From Acidobacteriaceae bacterium (lineage in GTDB: Bacteria > Acidobacteriota > Terriglobia > Terriglobales > Acidobacteriaceae), in assembly GCA_035944135.1 (NCBI GenBank), contig DASZBM010000006.1:87510-151509 (forward strand): a stretch of 64,000 nucleotides of DNA. Reading direction: 5' to 3'. The stretch's first letter is position 1. Every line of letters starts with the position of its first letter. A program made the translations under genes and the position numbers. The notes beneath the pieces are model-generated. The model was not told the origin of the DNA and did not search any database. It saw only the letters and a program-made list of their open reading frames with translations. Below are positions 43,849 through 55,177 of the stretch, piece after piece.

Positions 43849-45882
43849 ATGAAGCCAACCGAGGGACGCCGGCGCGTTGTGATCGAAGAGGTGCAGCCAG
43901 TGGTGGATGGCGGCAGATATCCGGCGAAACGCGTGATCGGCGATGTCGTGGGGGTGACGGCGGCGATCTTTGGAGATGGACACGACCATGTCGCCGGGCG
44001 CGTGCTGTACAGGCACGAGAGCGAAAAGGAGTGGTGCGAGGCCCGTTTCGAGCCCTTGACCAATGATCTCTGGCAGGCACGGTTTCCAGTGGACCGGATT
44101 GGCGCGTGGAGCTTCACGATAGAGGGATGGGTGGATCACTTCGACACGTGGTCGCACGATCTGGTGAAGCGGTTGGATGCGCAGCCGGACCCGAAGGAGC
44201 CGACCGCGCAGGTGACGCCGCAGGATATTCCGCTGGCGCTGCGGATTGGAGCGAACCTGTTGGAGGCGGCGGCGGATCGGGCGGAGAAGACAGATGCGGC
44301 TGATGGAAAGAGGCTTACGGAGGCTGCGGCGCAGTTGCGCCATCTGGCGGATGCAAATCTGCCTTACTATGACTCGCCCATAACGCCGGAGCTGGAAGCG
44401 CTGGTGAGAAAGTATCCGGATCTGAGCTTTGCGACGAAGCTCGACCGCGAGCTGCCGCTGTGGGTCGACCGCGAACGAGCACGATTCTCCGCGTGGTATG
44501 AGCTGTTTCCGCGGTCCTGCTCGCCTGTGCCGGGGCAGCATGGAACGTTTCGCGACATGGAAGCGCGGCTGCCGGAGATTGCGGCGATGGGCTTTGACAT
44601 CTTGTACATGCCGCCGATTCATCCTGTCGGCGTGCAGTATCGCAAGGGCAAGAACAATTCGGTGAAGTCGGACCCGGAGGATGTGGGCAGCCCGTGGGCA
44701 ATTGGCGGCGCGGAGGGTGGACACACGGCGCTGCATCCGCAGCTTGGCACGATGCAGGATTTCGAGCACCTGGTAAAGGCGACACAGGCGCATGGGATGG
44801 AGATTGCGCTGGACATTGCGTTCCAATGCTCGCCCGATCACCCGTGGGTGAAGAACCATCCGGATTGGTTTACGATCCGGCCGGATGGAACAATCCAGTA
44901 TGCGGAGAATCCGCCGAAGAAATACCAGGATATTTATCCGCTGAACTTCGAGACGAAGGACTGGCGCGGGCTGTGGGATGCGCTGTATGGCGTGTTCAAG
45001 TACTGGGTGGATCACGGTGTGCGCGTGTTTCGCGTCGACAATCCGCATACGAAAGCGCTGCCGTTCTGGGAGTGGTGCATCGCGGAGATACGGAAGACGC
45101 ATCCCGAGGTGATCTTCCTGGCGGAGGCGTTTACGCGCCCGCATGTGATGTATTCGCTGGCGAAGGGTGGCTACACGCAGGGGTATACGTATTTCACGTG
45201 GAGGACGACGAAGGGCGAGTTGCAGGACTACTTTGAAGAGATTTCGAATCCGCCGGTGTCGGATTTTTTCCGCCCGAACGTGTGGCCGAATACGCCGGAC
45301 ATTCTGCATGCGCAGTTGCAGGAGCCCGATCCGGTCAAGCGGAGCGCGGTATTCCAGTTGCGCGCAGTGCTTGCGTCCACGTTGAGTGCGAACTGGGGAA
45401 TTTATGGGCCAGCGTTCGAGCTGTGCGAGTGGCGGCCGGCGAAACCTGCTCCGGGCAAAACTGGAAGCGAGGAGTACCTGGACAGCGAGAAATATCAGAT
45501 TCGAGAGTGGAACCGAAGTGCGCCAGAGTCGATTGCTCCGCTGATTACGAAGTTGAACCGCATCCGGAAAGAGAATCGTGCGCTGGAGAGGAATGAGCAC
45601 CTGGTGTTTCACGACGCACCAAATCCTCAGCTTCTTTGCTACTCGAAAGCGACGGCGGATAAGAGCAATGTGATTCTGGTGGTGGTCAACCTTGACCCTG
45701 CGACTGAGCAGACGGCGTGGCTGGATTTGAAGTTGGATGCGCTGGGGCTGCCGTGGAAGGGCAGCTTTATGGTTGAAGAGCTGTTGACGGGCGCGACGTA
45801 TACGTGGAACAACCAGTGGAACTACGTGGCGCTGCGGCCGTGGGAGATGCCGGCGCATGTGTTCCGCATTGTGAGGCCCTGA
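43849..45882 (+). CDS. glgE: Alpha-1,4-glucan:maltose-1-phosphate maltosyltransferase
   Basis: Start ATG at 43849 after GACGGAGGCCGCAGC. MKPTEGRRRVVIEEVQPVVDGGRYPAKRVIGD... and GFDILYMPPIHP, VRVFRVDNPHTK. The track ORF from 43114 is an N-terminal shadow extension. Confidence 0.92.
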   Translation: MKPTEGRRRVVIEEVQPVVDGGRYPAKRVIGDVVGVTAAIFGDGHDHVAGRVLYRHESEKEWCEARFEPLTNDLWQARFPVDRIGAWSFTIEGWVDHFDTWSHDLVKRLDAQPDPKEPTAQVTPQDIPLALRIGANLLEAAADRAEKTDAADGKRLTEAAAQLRHLADANLPYYDSPITPELEALVRKYPDLSFATKLDRELPLWVDRERARFSAWYELFPRSCSPVPGQHGTFRDMEARLPEIAAMGFDILYMPPIHPVGVQYRKGKNNSVKSDPEDVGSPWAIGGAEGGHTALHPQLGTMQDFEHLVKATQAHGMEIALDIAFQCSPDHPWVKNHPDWFTIRPDGTIQYAENPPKKYQDIYPLNFETKDWRGLWDALYGVFKYWVDHGVRVFRVDNPHTKALPFWEWCIAEIRKTHPEVIFLAEAFTRPHVMYSLAKGGYTQGYTYFTWRTTKGELQDYFEEISNPPVSDFFRPNVWPNTPDILHAQLQEPDPVKRSAVFQLRAVLASTLSANWGIYGPAFELCEWRPAKPAPGKTGSEEYLDSEKYQIREWNRSAPESIAPLITKLNRIRKENRALERNEHLVFHDAPNPQLLCYSKATADKSNVILVVVNLDPATEQTAWLDLKLDALGLPWKGSFMVEELLTGATYTWNNQWNYVALRPWEMPAHVFRIVRP

Positions 45883-45945
45883 ACACACGATTCGGCAAGC
45901 GCTGCATCCAAACGCAGAAGATGAACTGTTGAAAGGCACGAGCAA

Positions 45946-48900
45946 GTGAAGAAGCCCTGCAGCGCTACTGATCCTCTCTGGTACAAGGACGCGGTTATTT
46001 ACGAACTGCACGTGCGCGCGTTCATGGACTCGAATGACGACGGCATTGGCGATTTCCAGGGGCTGCTGTCAAAGCTGGATTATCTGCAGGACCTTGGCGT
46101 CACGTGCCTTTGGGTACTGCCGTTCTTCCCCTCCCCGCTGCGGGATGATGGGTACGACATTGCGAACTACACGGATGTGAACCCGTCGTATGGGACGATT
46201 GACGACTTCAAGCAGTTTCTAAACGCAGCGCATGCGCGCAACATGCAGGTGATGATCGAGCTGGTCATCAACCACACGAGTGATCAGCATCCGTGGTTTC
46301 AGCGCGCGCGAAGAGCGCCGAAGGGATCGCCGGAGCGGGAATTTTATGTGTGGAGCGATACGGATCAGCTCTACAGAGACGCGCGGATCATCTTCACGGA
46401 CACGGAGAAGTCCAACTGGACGTGGGACGATGTGGCGCAGCAGTACTACTGGCACCGCTTCTTTTCGCATCAGCCGGACTTGAATTTCGATAATCCCGCC
46501 GTGATGGAAGAGGTGTTGAAGGCGATGCGTTTCTGGCTCGACATGGGTGTGGACGCGATGCGCATGGACGCAATTCCGTACCTTGTGGAACGCGATGGAA
46601 CCAACTGCGAAAATCTGCCCCCGACGCACGAGAAGATCAAGCAGATTCGTGCGGCGATTGATGAGGGATATGCAAACCGCCTGATTCTGGCCGAGGCGAA
46701 TCAGTGGCCTGCGGATGTGCGGCCTTACTTCGGCGAGGGCGACGAGTGCCACATGGCGTTTCACTTTCCGCTGATGCCACGTATTTATATGGCGATTCGG
46801 CAGGAGGACCGCCTGCCGATTACGGACATCATGGCGCAGACGCCCGATATTCCGCACAACTGCCAGTGGGGAATTTTTCTCCGCAACCACGACGAGCTCA
46901 CGCTCGAAATGGTGACGGATGACGAGCGCGACTATATGTATCTCGCGTACTCGGCCGATCCGCGTATGCGGATCAATGTGGGGATTCGGCGGAGGCTCGC
47001 GCCGCTGGTCGATAACAATCGCAGGCGCATTGAGCTGCTGAATTCGCTGCTGTTCAGCTTTCCGGGAACGCCGATTATGTACTACGGCGATGAGATTGGG
47101 ATGGGTGACAACATCTATCTCGGCGACCGTAATGGTGTGCGCACTCCCATGCAGTGGAACTCGGATCGCAATGCCGGGTTCAGCAAGGCGGTGCCGGCGA
47201 AATTGTATTTTCCGGTAATCATGGATCCGATCTGGGGCTACCAGGCGATCAATGTGGAGGCGCAGCAGGCGGATCCGTCGTCGCTGCTGCACTGGACGCG
47301 CAACATGATTGCGTTGCGGAAGCTCTTCCAGGTGTTTGGACGCGGGACGCTGGAGTTTCTGCACCCGGAGAATCGCAAGATCCTGGCGTATATTCGCGAC
47401 TATCAGAGCCCGGATGGAATGCAGTCGGAGACGGTGCTTTGTGTGGCGAACCTGTCGCGGTTTGCGCAGCCGGTTGCATTGGATCTCGCGCGGTTTGTGG
47501 GACGGCAGCCGGTGGAGATGTTGGGGTATGTGTCATTTCCGGAGATCGGAACTCAGCCGTATCCGCTGACGCTCGCTCCGTACAGTTTCTTGTGGCTGGA
47601 GATTCAGCCGGCGGTGCGCGAGCCGGAGCCTGCGGTGGTGGAAAGCAAGTCGGCGGCAGTGGACTTGAAGCTTGTCACGGCAGCGGCGTTCACAACTGAG
47701 GGAATCCTGACGCCAGAGGCGCAGGCGTTTCTGCAGCAAGTGCTGCCGGGGTATATCGCGCAACAGCGGTGGTTCGGCGGCAAGTCGCGGACGATTGCCT
47801 CCGTGCGCGTGACTTCATCCACGCGTTTGCCAGCAAGCCAGGCTGCGCTGACGACAGTTGAAGTCTGCTACAAGAATGAACCCAGCACGGCGACGGAGGT
47901 GTACCAGATTCCACTTGCTGTGGCGTCTGGAGCGCAGGCAGAGGAACTGCGCGTGAACTCACCGCGGGCGGTAATTGCGTCACTGGATAACAGCCAAAAA
48001 GGGCCGGTGCTTTACGACGCGACAGCGGACGAGGGATTCCGGAAGGCGTTGCTGCGCATGATCGCCGAGAAGGATGCCGCGAGTCTGGCGGGAGAGGAGC
48101 CGGCTTTGTTGAACACGCGCTCGCGTGCATTGGATGCGGAGCCGTTGCTTGCGGCGAGTTCGCGAGTGGGATCAGCGGAACAGTCGAACACCAGCATGAT
48201 TTATGGCGATCTGGCGATTCTGAAGCTGTTTCGGAAGATCAGCGCGGGCGAGAATCCCGAGGTGGAGATGACGCGGTTTCTCACGGAGATTGCGCATTTC
48301 GCGCATATTCCGGCGTATCTTGGGGACCTGCATCGCGCCAGTGATTATGCGACAGTCGCGTTCCTCCAAACGTTTGCGCGTAACCAGGGCGATGGATGGT
48401 CATGGACGCTGGAAGAGCTCGGTCAGTATTACGAATCGGTTGTCGGATGCCCGGCGCCGTCGTCTGTGGGTTCTCCGGTGGGATTCGATCAGGCCGATGA
48501 TCTTCCTCCGGAGGCGCGAGAGCATGCCGGGCTGTATCTGGAGGCGGCGCATCTGCTGGGGCGACGAACGGCGGAGTTGCACCTGGCGCTGGCGACGCCG
48601 ACAAACGATATGGCGTTCGAGGCTGAGGCGTTTAGCCGTGAGGAACTTGCGACGGAGCGCGAAAGAATTGAGCAGCAGATAACGACTGGTCTGGCGCTGC
48701 TGGAGCGTACGTTGACAAGCTCGGAACACGAGCTCGCGCCGGAGACCTTGCAACAGGCGCAGGAGATTCTGGCACGGCGGGGTAGCGTGAAAGAGCGGCT
48801 TGCGGAGCTGAGCGGCGATCCGGCCCAGTTTGGGCAGCGGATCCGGATTCACGGCGATCTTCACCTGGGGCAGCTTCTTCGTGCGCGCACGGATTTCCTG

Positions 48901-49287
48901 TTCGTGGATTTCGAGGGAGAGCCGGCTCGATCGCTGGAGGAGCGGCGAAAGAAGCAGTCTCCGTTGCGCGATGTCGCGGGTATGCTGCGGAGCTTCAGCT
49001 ATGCGGCGCACGCGGCGCTGGGAAAGCACAGTGCGCGACGGCCGGAACACAGTTCAACGCTGGAACCCTGGGCCACGCTGTGGGAGCGCTCGGTTTCGAG
49101 TGAATTTCTGCGGGGTTATCGGGAGACAATTGATGGCAGCCCGCTGATGCCCGCACCAGAGAAGGCACAACTGTTTTTGCGAGCGCTGCTGCTGGAGAAG
49201 GCGTGTTATGAACTGGCCTACGAATTGAATAACAGGCCGACGTGGCTGCATATACCCCTGGCGGGTGTGCGTGAACTCCTCGGGTGA
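45946..49287 (+). CDS. treS: Trehalose synthase fused to maltokinase (TreS-Mak/Pep2)
   Basis: 1113 aa. N-terminal GH13 TreS ([41 protein letters not shown]). The C-terminal ~450 aa is kinase-like (..[11 protein letters not shown]....FVDFEGEP). Confidence 0.93.
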   Translation: MKKPCSATDPLWYKDAVIYELHVRAFMDSNDDGIGDFQGLLSKLDYLQDLGVTCLWVLPFFPSPLRDDGYDIANYTDVNPSYGTIDDFKQFLNAAHARNMQVMIELVINHTSDQHPWFQRARRAPKGSPEREFYVWSDTDQLYRDARIIFTDTEKSNWTWDDVAQQYYWHRFFSHQPDLNFDNPAVMEEVLKAMRFWLDMGVDAMRMDAIPYLVERDGTNCENLPPTHEKIKQIRAAIDEGYANRLILAEANQWPADVRPYFGEGDECHMAFHFPLMPRIYMAIRQEDRLPITDIMAQTPDIPHNCQWGIFLRNHDELTLEMVTDDERDYMYLAYSADPRMRINVGIRRRLAPLVDNNRRRIELLNSLLFSFPGTPIMYYGDEIGMGDNIYLGDRNGVRTPMQWNSDRNAGFSKAVPAKLYFPVIMDPIWGYQAINVEAQQADPSSLLHWTRNMIALRKLFQVFGRGTLEFLHPENRKILAYIRDYQSPDGMQSETVLCVANLSRFAQPVALDLARFVGRQPVEMLGYVSFPEIGTQPYPLTLAPYSFLWLEIQPAVREPEPAVVESKSAAVDLKLVTAAAFTTEGILTPEAQAFLQQVLPGYIAQQRWFGGKSRTIASVRVTSSTRLPASQAALTTVEVCYKNEPSTATEVYQIPLAVASGAQAEELRVNSPRAVIASLDNSQKGPVLYDATADEGFRKALLRMIAEKDAASLAGEEPALLNTRSRALDAEPLLAASSRVGSAEQSNTSMIYGDLAILKLFRKISAGENPEVEMTRFLTEIAHFAHIPAYLGDLHRASDYATVAFLQTFARNQGDGWSWTLEELGQYYESVVGCPAPSSVGSPVGFDQADDLPPEAREHAGLYLEAAHLLGRRTAELHLALATPTNDMAFEAEAFSREELATERERIEQQITTGLALLERTLTSSEHELAPETLQQAQEILARRGSVKERLAELSGDPAQFGQRIRIHGDLHLGQLLRARTDFLFVDFEGEPARSLEERRKKQSPLRDVAGMLRSFSYAAHAALGKHSARRPEHSSTLEPWATLWERSVSSEFLRGYRETIDGSPLMPAPEKAQLFLRALLLEKACYELAYELNNRPTWLHIPLAGVRELLG

Positions 49288-49345
49288 ACGGCATAGACTG
49301 TCTGTAAGCGCATCCAAGCTGCAGAAGGGCATTTGACTGATCGGT

Positions 49346-50575
49346 ATGGCATCTCCCTCCAGCATCGAAGGGTTCGGCGCTTCACCACAAGCAGCTGCTG
49401 AGCAGCGTCCACCGGCGGGCGATTCGCCACGCCTGCTGTTGTGTGTGCCCTCGCTGCCGGACGATGTGTTATCGGGACTGCTGGCGGATCTTGCGACGGT
49501 ATTCAGGCCGGATGAGGTGTTGATCGCTTCTCCAGATATTGAGGAGCCCGAGTTCGGACAGGCACTTCCGCTAACAGTGTTTGATGGAACCCGCGTGCGG
49601 AGTGACTGGGTGCTGACCGCAGGCGACTACATGGCTGCGAACGAGTTGGTGCAGCGGCACGACGCGGCGCAGGTGCTTCTGCTGGGTGGCGATGTTGCCG
49701 CGTTGCCGGTCAGGACGATCCGCGAGATGGCGGACAGGCTTGCAGCAGGCAGTGACCTGGCTGTGCCGTCGTATTCACTGGGAGCCCATGATGGGCTGGT
49801 AACCTCAGCACTGCTTTACCCGCTGACACGAGCACTGTTCGCGGCGAACATTCGATTCCCGCTGCCGATGGATGCGGCTATGTCGCGCCGCATGGTGGAA
49901 CGTATGGCGGCAGTGGCTCAGCGCCAAGCTGCGGCTCAGGTTGACGCCCTGCTGTGGCCCGTCGCGGAGAGCGCAGCGGCAGGATTCAACGTCCGCCAGG
50001 TCGATTCCGGCGCGCCAGCACCATCGGCGCCGGCTACGTCGGATTTCAACACGCTCTTCGTGACGGTTGCGGGAGGCATCTTCGCGGATATAGAAGCGAA
50101 GGCCCAGTTTTGGCAACGGTCGCGTGGGCCCGCCCCACCAATGCGTGAGCCATCTGTTCTGCAGAAGAATGGCAGCAATGGTGATCTTGCGGAGGAGTTG
50201 CCGGGCATGGTGGAGGCGTTCCGACTGGCCCACCGGAATCTGCAGGAGATATGGGCGCTCGCTTTGCCGCCGCAATCGCTGCTTGCGCTAAAGAAGCTTT
50301 CGATTGCAGAGCCGGAGGCGTTTGCGATGGCGCCGGCGCTCTGGGCCCGGCTGGTCTATGATTTTGCACTTGCATTTCACCTGCGGTCTCTTAATCGCGG
50401 GCACTTGCTGGGAGCGTTCACACCGGTTTACCTCGCCTGGGTCGCCTCCACGTTGAGGGCGGTGACGGACGATGCGACGGCGGCGACTCATCGCGAGGAG
50501 ACGGCGGCGGCGTTCGAACGCGAGAAGCCTTACCTTGTGGCCCGCTGGCGCTGGCCGGATCGGTTTAATCCATGA
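49346..50575 (+). CDS. Hypothetical protein; the N-terminal half may be a degenerate GT-A / nucleotide-sugar-binding-like fold
   Basis: 409 aa. beta-alpha-beta-like pattern LLLCVPSLPDDVL...VLIASPD...VLLLGGDVAALP, with no clear DxD. Helical C-terminal half. Directly downstream of treS-mak. Confidence 0.65.
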   Translation: MASPSSIEGFGASPQAAAEQRPPAGDSPRLLLCVPSLPDDVLSGLLADLATVFRPDEVLIASPDIEEPEFGQALPLTVFDGTRVRSDWVLTAGDYMAANELVQRHDAAQVLLLGGDVAALPVRTIREMADRLAAGSDLAVPSYSLGAHDGLVTSALLYPLTRALFAANIRFPLPMDAAMSRRMVERMAAVAQRQAAAQVDALLWPVAESAAAGFNVRQVDSGAPAPSAPATSDFNTLFVTVAGGIFADIEAKAQFWQRSRGPAPPMREPSVLQKNGSNGDLAEELPGMVEAFRLAHRNLQEIWALALPPQSLLALKKLSIAEPEAFAMAPALWARLVYDFALAFHLRSLNRGHLLGAFTPVYLAWVASTLRAVTDDATAATHREETAAAFEREKPYLVARWRWPDRFNP

Positions 50576-51393
50576 CAATCCTGCTTCAATTCGAGCGCGG
50601 TATTGCCGCATATACGCAGTCCGGAAAGGAATGGATGATGGGTCAGCAGATTGAATTTGCACTTCGTCAGTCCATGCACCGTGTGCTGGTCGTGCTGGTC
50701 AGTTTTCTTCCCGGCCTGCTTGCGTTCCTTGTGGCAGTGATCTTATTTGCGATCGTGGGAGCGATTGTTGGCGGGGTCGTTCGGCGGATTCTTACGATGA
50801 CGCGTTTTGATGAACGGCTGAGCAGAGGACCGGCCAGCGGCACGCCGGCGAGTTTGTTCGAGTGGACGTCGAATCAGCCGCCCTCACGACTGGCCGCACG
50901 CGCGCTGTTCTGGCTTTGCACGCTCGTCGGTGTAGCCGTTGGGATCTCGGCGTTTGCGGCTTCCTACTCTGCCGACAACCAGATGCCGATCTTTCTGCTG
51001 CCGTATCTCACGCATGTGATTGGAGCGGTCCTGATTCTGTTTGCGGGGACGGTGATCGCGCGCTTTCTGGCGCGGTCGGTTCTCATTAGCGCAGTCAACG
51101 CGCAACTGCAGTATGCACGGATCCTTTCTGTCGGAGTGAAGTGGCTGGTGATGGTGCTCGCGGCGGCGATGGCGCTGGACCATCTGCATATCGGCGGCGC
51201 CATCGTAAGTCTTGCGTTTGGCATTCTGTTCGGCGGGATTGTTCTGACGTTGTCGCTCGCTGTGGGGCTTGGCTCACGTGATCTGGTCAGCCGCTCGATT
51301 GAGCGGACGATGGAGCGTCCGAGCGGGTCTTCTGAAGCTACAAATCAGCGGGCGGCGGATGCGCAACCGCGATCTCGGCTTCGCCACTTCTGA
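50572..51393 (+). CDS. Integral membrane protein with conserved-TM-helix repeats (as found N-terminal to MscS-like channels)
   Basis: 273 aa. Its ATG overlaps the upstream stop (ATGA). Repeated segments such as VSFLPGLLAFLVAVILFAIVGAIVGGVVRRIL and HVIGAVLILFAGTVIARFLARSV. Confidence 0.7.
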   Translation: MTILLQFERGIAAYTQSGKEWMMGQQIEFALRQSMHRVLVVLVSFLPGLLAFLVAVILFAIVGAIVGGVVRRILTMTRFDERLSRGPASGTPASLFEWTSNQPPSRLAARALFWLCTLVGVAVGISAFAASYSADNQMPIFLLPYLTHVIGAVLILFAGTVIARFLARSVLISAVNAQLQYARILSVGVKWLVMVLAAAMALDHLHIGGAIVSLAFGILFGGIVLTLSLAVGLGSRDLVSRSIERTMERPSGSSEATNQRAADAQPRSRLRHF

Positions 51394-51466
51394 AGCATAG
51401 GCGTGACGCAGACACGGCTTTCGTACTATCCTTTTCGGAATCTACAGCCGTTGAACCGCGTGAACT

Positions 51467-53842
51467 ATGCCGGAACGTGATGACATTGTGGGCACGTCGC
51501 CTCTCCGAAAAGAGGGGCGGGCGAAGGTGCTCGGTCAAGCGAAGTACGTTGACGACCTGAGCCTTCCGGGAATGTGGCACGGCGCGACGGTGCGCTCGTC
51601 TATTGCTCGCGGCCGGATTCGGGCGATTCACTTCGCGCCGGAGGTTGACTGGTCGCAGTTCGCGATTGTGCGGGCGAGTGACATTCCCGGCGAAAACACG
51701 ATCGTACATCTGACGAAAGATCATCCGTGTCTGGCTGCAAACAAGGTGAACCATCCTGAGGAGCCGATCCTGTTGCTTGCGCACCCTCAGAAGGCGTCGC
51801 TGCTTGCGGGCATGGCGGGGGTGCGCATCGAGTATGACGAATTGCCGGGTGTGTTCACGATCGAGGAGTCAGAGACTGCTGTAGCGACCAACGACGTTGA
51901 TCGGATTATCTGGGAAGGCAGCGACTACGGCGGGACAGCGAATTGCTTCAAGCAATATGTACTTCACTCGGGCGAAGCAAAGGAGACGGAGGACGGACTT
52001 GCCCGGGCCTTTGAAGCTGCTGATTACATCGTGGAGGGCGAGTATCACACGGGCGCGCAGGAGCAGCTCTACATTGAGCCAAATGGCGTGATGGCCGAGT
52101 GCGAGAAGGATGAGAGAGGGGATGTTGTCAGCGTTTGCGTGCGCGGATCGATGCAATGTCCGTATTACCTGGTGCACGCACTAACTCTGGTCTTCGGTCT
52201 GCCGGAAGAAAAGTGCAGAGTGATTCAGACAGAGACGGGTGGGGCATTTGGCGGCAAGGAAGATTTTCCGTCTGTAATCGGCTCGCACGCGGCGTTGCTC
52301 GCGATGAAGTGCGGGCATCCGGTGAAGATGATCTATGACCGCGCGGAAGATATGGCGGCGACGACCAAGCGGCACCCGTCGCGCACGCGTCACCGCACGG
52401 CAGTGTCGAAAGAAGGCAAGCTGCTCGCGTGCGAGATTGATATTGCTCTCGACGGAGGAGCATATGCGACGCTTTCGCCCGTCGTTCTATCGCGAGCGAC
52501 GATTCACGCTCCAGGACCTTACAAGTGGCCGTATGTGCGCGTGCGGGCCAAAGCAATGGCGACGAACCTACCGCCGCGCGGAGCGTTCCGAGGATTCGGT
52601 GCGCCGCAGTCTCTATTCGCGCTGGAGCGCCACATGGACAAGGTAGCGCGCGCTGTCGGGATCTCGCCGGAAGAACTGCGGCGTCGCAACTTCCTCACGA
52701 CGGGCGATCAGACGGCAACGGGGCAGGTGTTAGGGGAACCCGTCGACATGCAACGCCTGCTCAATCGAGCGCTGGAAGAGAGCGACTATCACGCAAAGCT
52801 CGCGCGATTTGCCGAGCAGAACCGCGGATCCGCGATTAAGCGCGGAATAGGGATTGCAGCGTTCATGCATGGGTCGGGGTTTACCGGTTCAGGCGAACGC
52901 CGATTGAACTCAGTGGTTGCAGTTGAACTGCTGCCGGATGGGCGGCCGCAGATTCTTGTTTCGTCTACGGAGTTCGGCCAAGGCACGAATACGATTCTGT
53001 GCCAAGTTGCCGCGCAGACGCTGCAGATTCCGTATGAGCAGGTGATGATTGCGCAACCCGATACGTTCCTTGTTCCCAACTCGGGTCCCACGGTTGCAAG
53101 CCGCACGGCGATGGTGGTCGGGAAGCTCGTTGAGCGTGCGAGTAAGCAATTGCTGGACAAACTGCGGATCGAATCCGGCCTGCCGGCAGACCATACGCCG
53201 GAGCAATTTACGAAAGCTGCTTTGGCTTACCTGAACGCTCATGGCGAGTTGCGATGCTCTGTTCGGTATGAGCCCGTACGGCCGGTGGAATGGGACGATG
53301 GGCTGTTTCACGGAGATGCGTATCCTGCCTATGCCTGGGCGGTTTACGTCGCAGAAGTCGCTGTCGATCTGAATACGTATAGCGCGTCGGTAGCGCGCTT
53401 TGATGCTCTGCAGGAAGTCGGAAAGATCATGCACCCTGTGCTTGCGAAGGGCCAAATCGAAGGTGGCGTGGCGCAGGCAATTGGATATGCACTGTACGAG
53501 AAGTGCGTCTGGAAGCACGGCCGCATGATGAACAACCAGATGACAAACTACATCATGCCGACAAGTGCGGATCTTCCGGAGATTCATGTGCACTTTGAAG
53601 AGGTTCCGTGCGTGCATGGACCGTGCGGAGCAAAGGGCATTGGTGAGTTGCCGATGGACGGGCCTGCCCCTGCAATTCTGAACGCAATTGAAAATGCGAC
53701 TGGCCTCAGCTTCGATTCGATTCCTCTTCTGCCGGAGGACATCTTCGAGAAGGCGCACAGCTTTACTGATCCTGGACATGGTGGGAGCGAGGATCTTGAT
53801 CCTGAAAGGCTGGGTGAGTTTCTGCCTGAGGTGAACGCATGA
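51467..53842 (+). CDS. Xanthine dehydrogenase / aldehyde oxidase family, molybdopterin-binding large subunit
   Basis: 791 aa. Typical motifs GGAFGGKE, RGFGAPQ, AKGIGELP. Confidence 0.92.
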   Translation: MPERDDIVGTSPLRKEGRAKVLGQAKYVDDLSLPGMWHGATVRSSIARGRIRAIHFAPEVDWSQFAIVRASDIPGENTIVHLTKDHPCLAANKVNHPEEPILLLAHPQKASLLAGMAGVRIEYDELPGVFTIEESETAVATNDVDRIIWEGSDYGGTANCFKQYVLHSGEAKETEDGLARAFEAADYIVEGEYHTGAQEQLYIEPNGVMAECEKDERGDVVSVCVRGSMQCPYYLVHALTLVFGLPEEKCRVIQTETGGAFGGKEDFPSVIGSHAALLAMKCGHPVKMIYDRAEDMAATTKRHPSRTRHRTAVSKEGKLLACEIDIALDGGAYATLSPVVLSRATIHAPGPYKWPYVRVRAKAMATNLPPRGAFRGFGAPQSLFALERHMDKVARAVGISPEELRRRNFLTTGDQTATGQVLGEPVDMQRLLNRALEESDYHAKLARFAEQNRGSAIKRGIGIAAFMHGSGFTGSGERRLNSVVAVELLPDGRPQILVSSTEFGQGTNTILCQVAAQTLQIPYEQVMIAQPDTFLVPNSGPTVASRTAMVVGKLVERASKQLLDKLRIESGLPADHTPEQFTKAALAYLNAHGELRCSVRYEPVRPVEWDDGLFHGDAYPAYAWAVYVAEVAVDLNTYSASVARFDALQEVGKIMHPVLAKGQIEGGVAQAIGYALYEKCVWKHGRMMNNQMTNYIMPTSADLPEIHVHFEEVPCVHGPCGAKGIGELPMDGPAPAILNAIENATGLSFDSIPLLPEDIFEKAHSFTDPGHGGSEDLDPERLGEFLPEVNA

Positions 53843-54312
53843 CGGTTCAGATTCAAATGATGGTGAATGGTGATCAGCACCGAATCGACGTCCCTCCGAT
53901 GAAACGATTGCTGGACGTGTTGCGTGAGGACCTTCACCTGACTGGAACCAAGGAAGGCTGTGGCGAAGGCGAGTGTGGGGCTTGCGCTGTGCTGATGAAC
54001 GGGGAACTCGTGAACTCGTGTCTTGTTCCGGCGCTGCAGGCGAATGGTACGCATTTATGCACGATTGAAGGCGTTTCGACGGAGGGACGGCTGCATCCGA
54101 TCCAACAGTGTTTCCTTGAAAACGGTGGAGCGCAGTGTGGTATTTGCACACCGGGCATGATTCTGGCGACGCAACATCTGCTGGATCAACGTCCGAACCC
54201 CACGCTTGAGGAGATTCAGGAAGGGCTTGCGGGAAATCTGTGTCGCTGCACGGGATATATGAGGATTTTTCAAGCCGTGCAAAGGGCTGCCGAGGCACAG
54301 AATGCGCTCTGA
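53839..54312 (+). CDS. (2Fe-2S)-binding small subunit of the molybdenum hydroxylase
   Basis: 157 aa. GCGEGECGACAV...CGICTPGM...LCRCTGY. Overlaps the upstream stop by 4 nt. Confidence 0.93.
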   Translation: MTVQIQMMVNGDQHRIDVPPMKRLLDVLREDLHLTGTKEGCGEGECGACAVLMNGELVNSCLVPALQANGTHLCTIEGVSTEGRLHPIQQCFLENGGAQCGICTPGMILATQHLLDQRPNPTLEEIQEGLAGNLCRCTGYMRIFQAVQRAAEAQNAL

Positions 54313-55177
54313 TGTTGCCGGGTACGACCTGAGCGCGCCGCCAACTCTTGAAGCTGCGCTCGCGCAGATTGCCTTCGAGCGCGGACGTCACGCGTTGATC
54401 GCAGGTGGGACCGAGCTGATGGTCGCCTTGAATACGGGCAGGCTTGAATCGCGGTCTCTTATTTCAATTCAGCATCTGCATGAGCTGCGCTTCATCCGGG
54501 TGAGCGATGGCGCATTACAGATAGGCGCTGGAACTACGTTCACGGATATACGCAGGAATGAGACGATCGCGTGGGAGCTTCCACTGCTGGTTCAGGCGGC
54601 ATCCTGGACGGGCTCGATTGCGAACCAGAACCGCGGGACGATCGGCGGCAACATCTGTAATGCATCACCCGCCGCCGACACTCCGCCAGCATTGCTTGCC
54701 TATGATGCGACGGTGACTTTGCTGAGTGTTCGTGGTGAGAGAATAATCCCCTACAGCGCGTTTCATCTTGGCTACAAGAAAATGCAGCTTGAGCCGGATG
54801 AGATTCTGTACTCGGTAAGCGTGCCGCGCCGTTACAGCGAATGGCGACAATACATCCGCAAAGTCGGAACTCGCAACGCACAGGCGATTTCGAAGACCGC
54901 GCTGGCGTGTATCGCTCTGGTTCAGCAACAGAAGATCGAAGAGATTCGCATTGGGGCCGCTTCACTGGCCGACCGTCCTCTTCGCTGCACTGAGGTGGAA
55001 GATGCGCTGCGAGGTCGCTCTCTGGCAGCGAAAGACCTCGAGGAGACAGTTAGAGCTGGACGCGCGGCGCTGACTCGCGAGTCGAAGCCGATCGATGATA
55101 TTCGTTCGACGGCAATGTATCGCAACGTGGTCGCGGCAAATTTGCTGGAAGAATTTCTTCGGCAGCTCTCGTTTTAG
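54302..55177 (+). CDS. FAD-binding medium subunit of the molybdenum hydroxylase (CoxM/XdhB-like)
   Basis: 291 aa. AGGTELM, GTIGGNI, and a CO-dehydrogenase flavoprotein C-terminal-like region. Confidence 0.9.
   Translation: MRSDVAGYDLSAPPTLEAALAQIAFERGRHALIAGGTELMVALNTGRLESRSLISIQHLHELRFIRVSDGALQIGAGTTFTDIRRNETIAWELPLLVQAASWTGSIANQNRGTIGGNICNASPAADTPPALLAYDATVTLLSVRGERIIPYSAFHLGYKKMQLEPDEILYSVSVPRRYSEWRQYIRKVGTRNAQAISKTALACIALVQQQKIEEIRIGAASLADRPLRCTEVEDALRGRSLAAKDLEETVRAGRAALTRESKPIDDIRSTAMYRNVVAANLLEEFLRQLSF

Noticed and set aside
43759-46011. 750-aa minus-strand ORF
   Set aside because: Antisense to glgE, whose plus-strand product has unmistakable GlgE motifs. The composition is Arg/Leu/His-biased shadow sequence.
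52910-54391. 493-aa minus-strand ORF
   Set aside because: Antisense to the molybdenum hydroxylase large and small subunit genes. No recognisable motifs.
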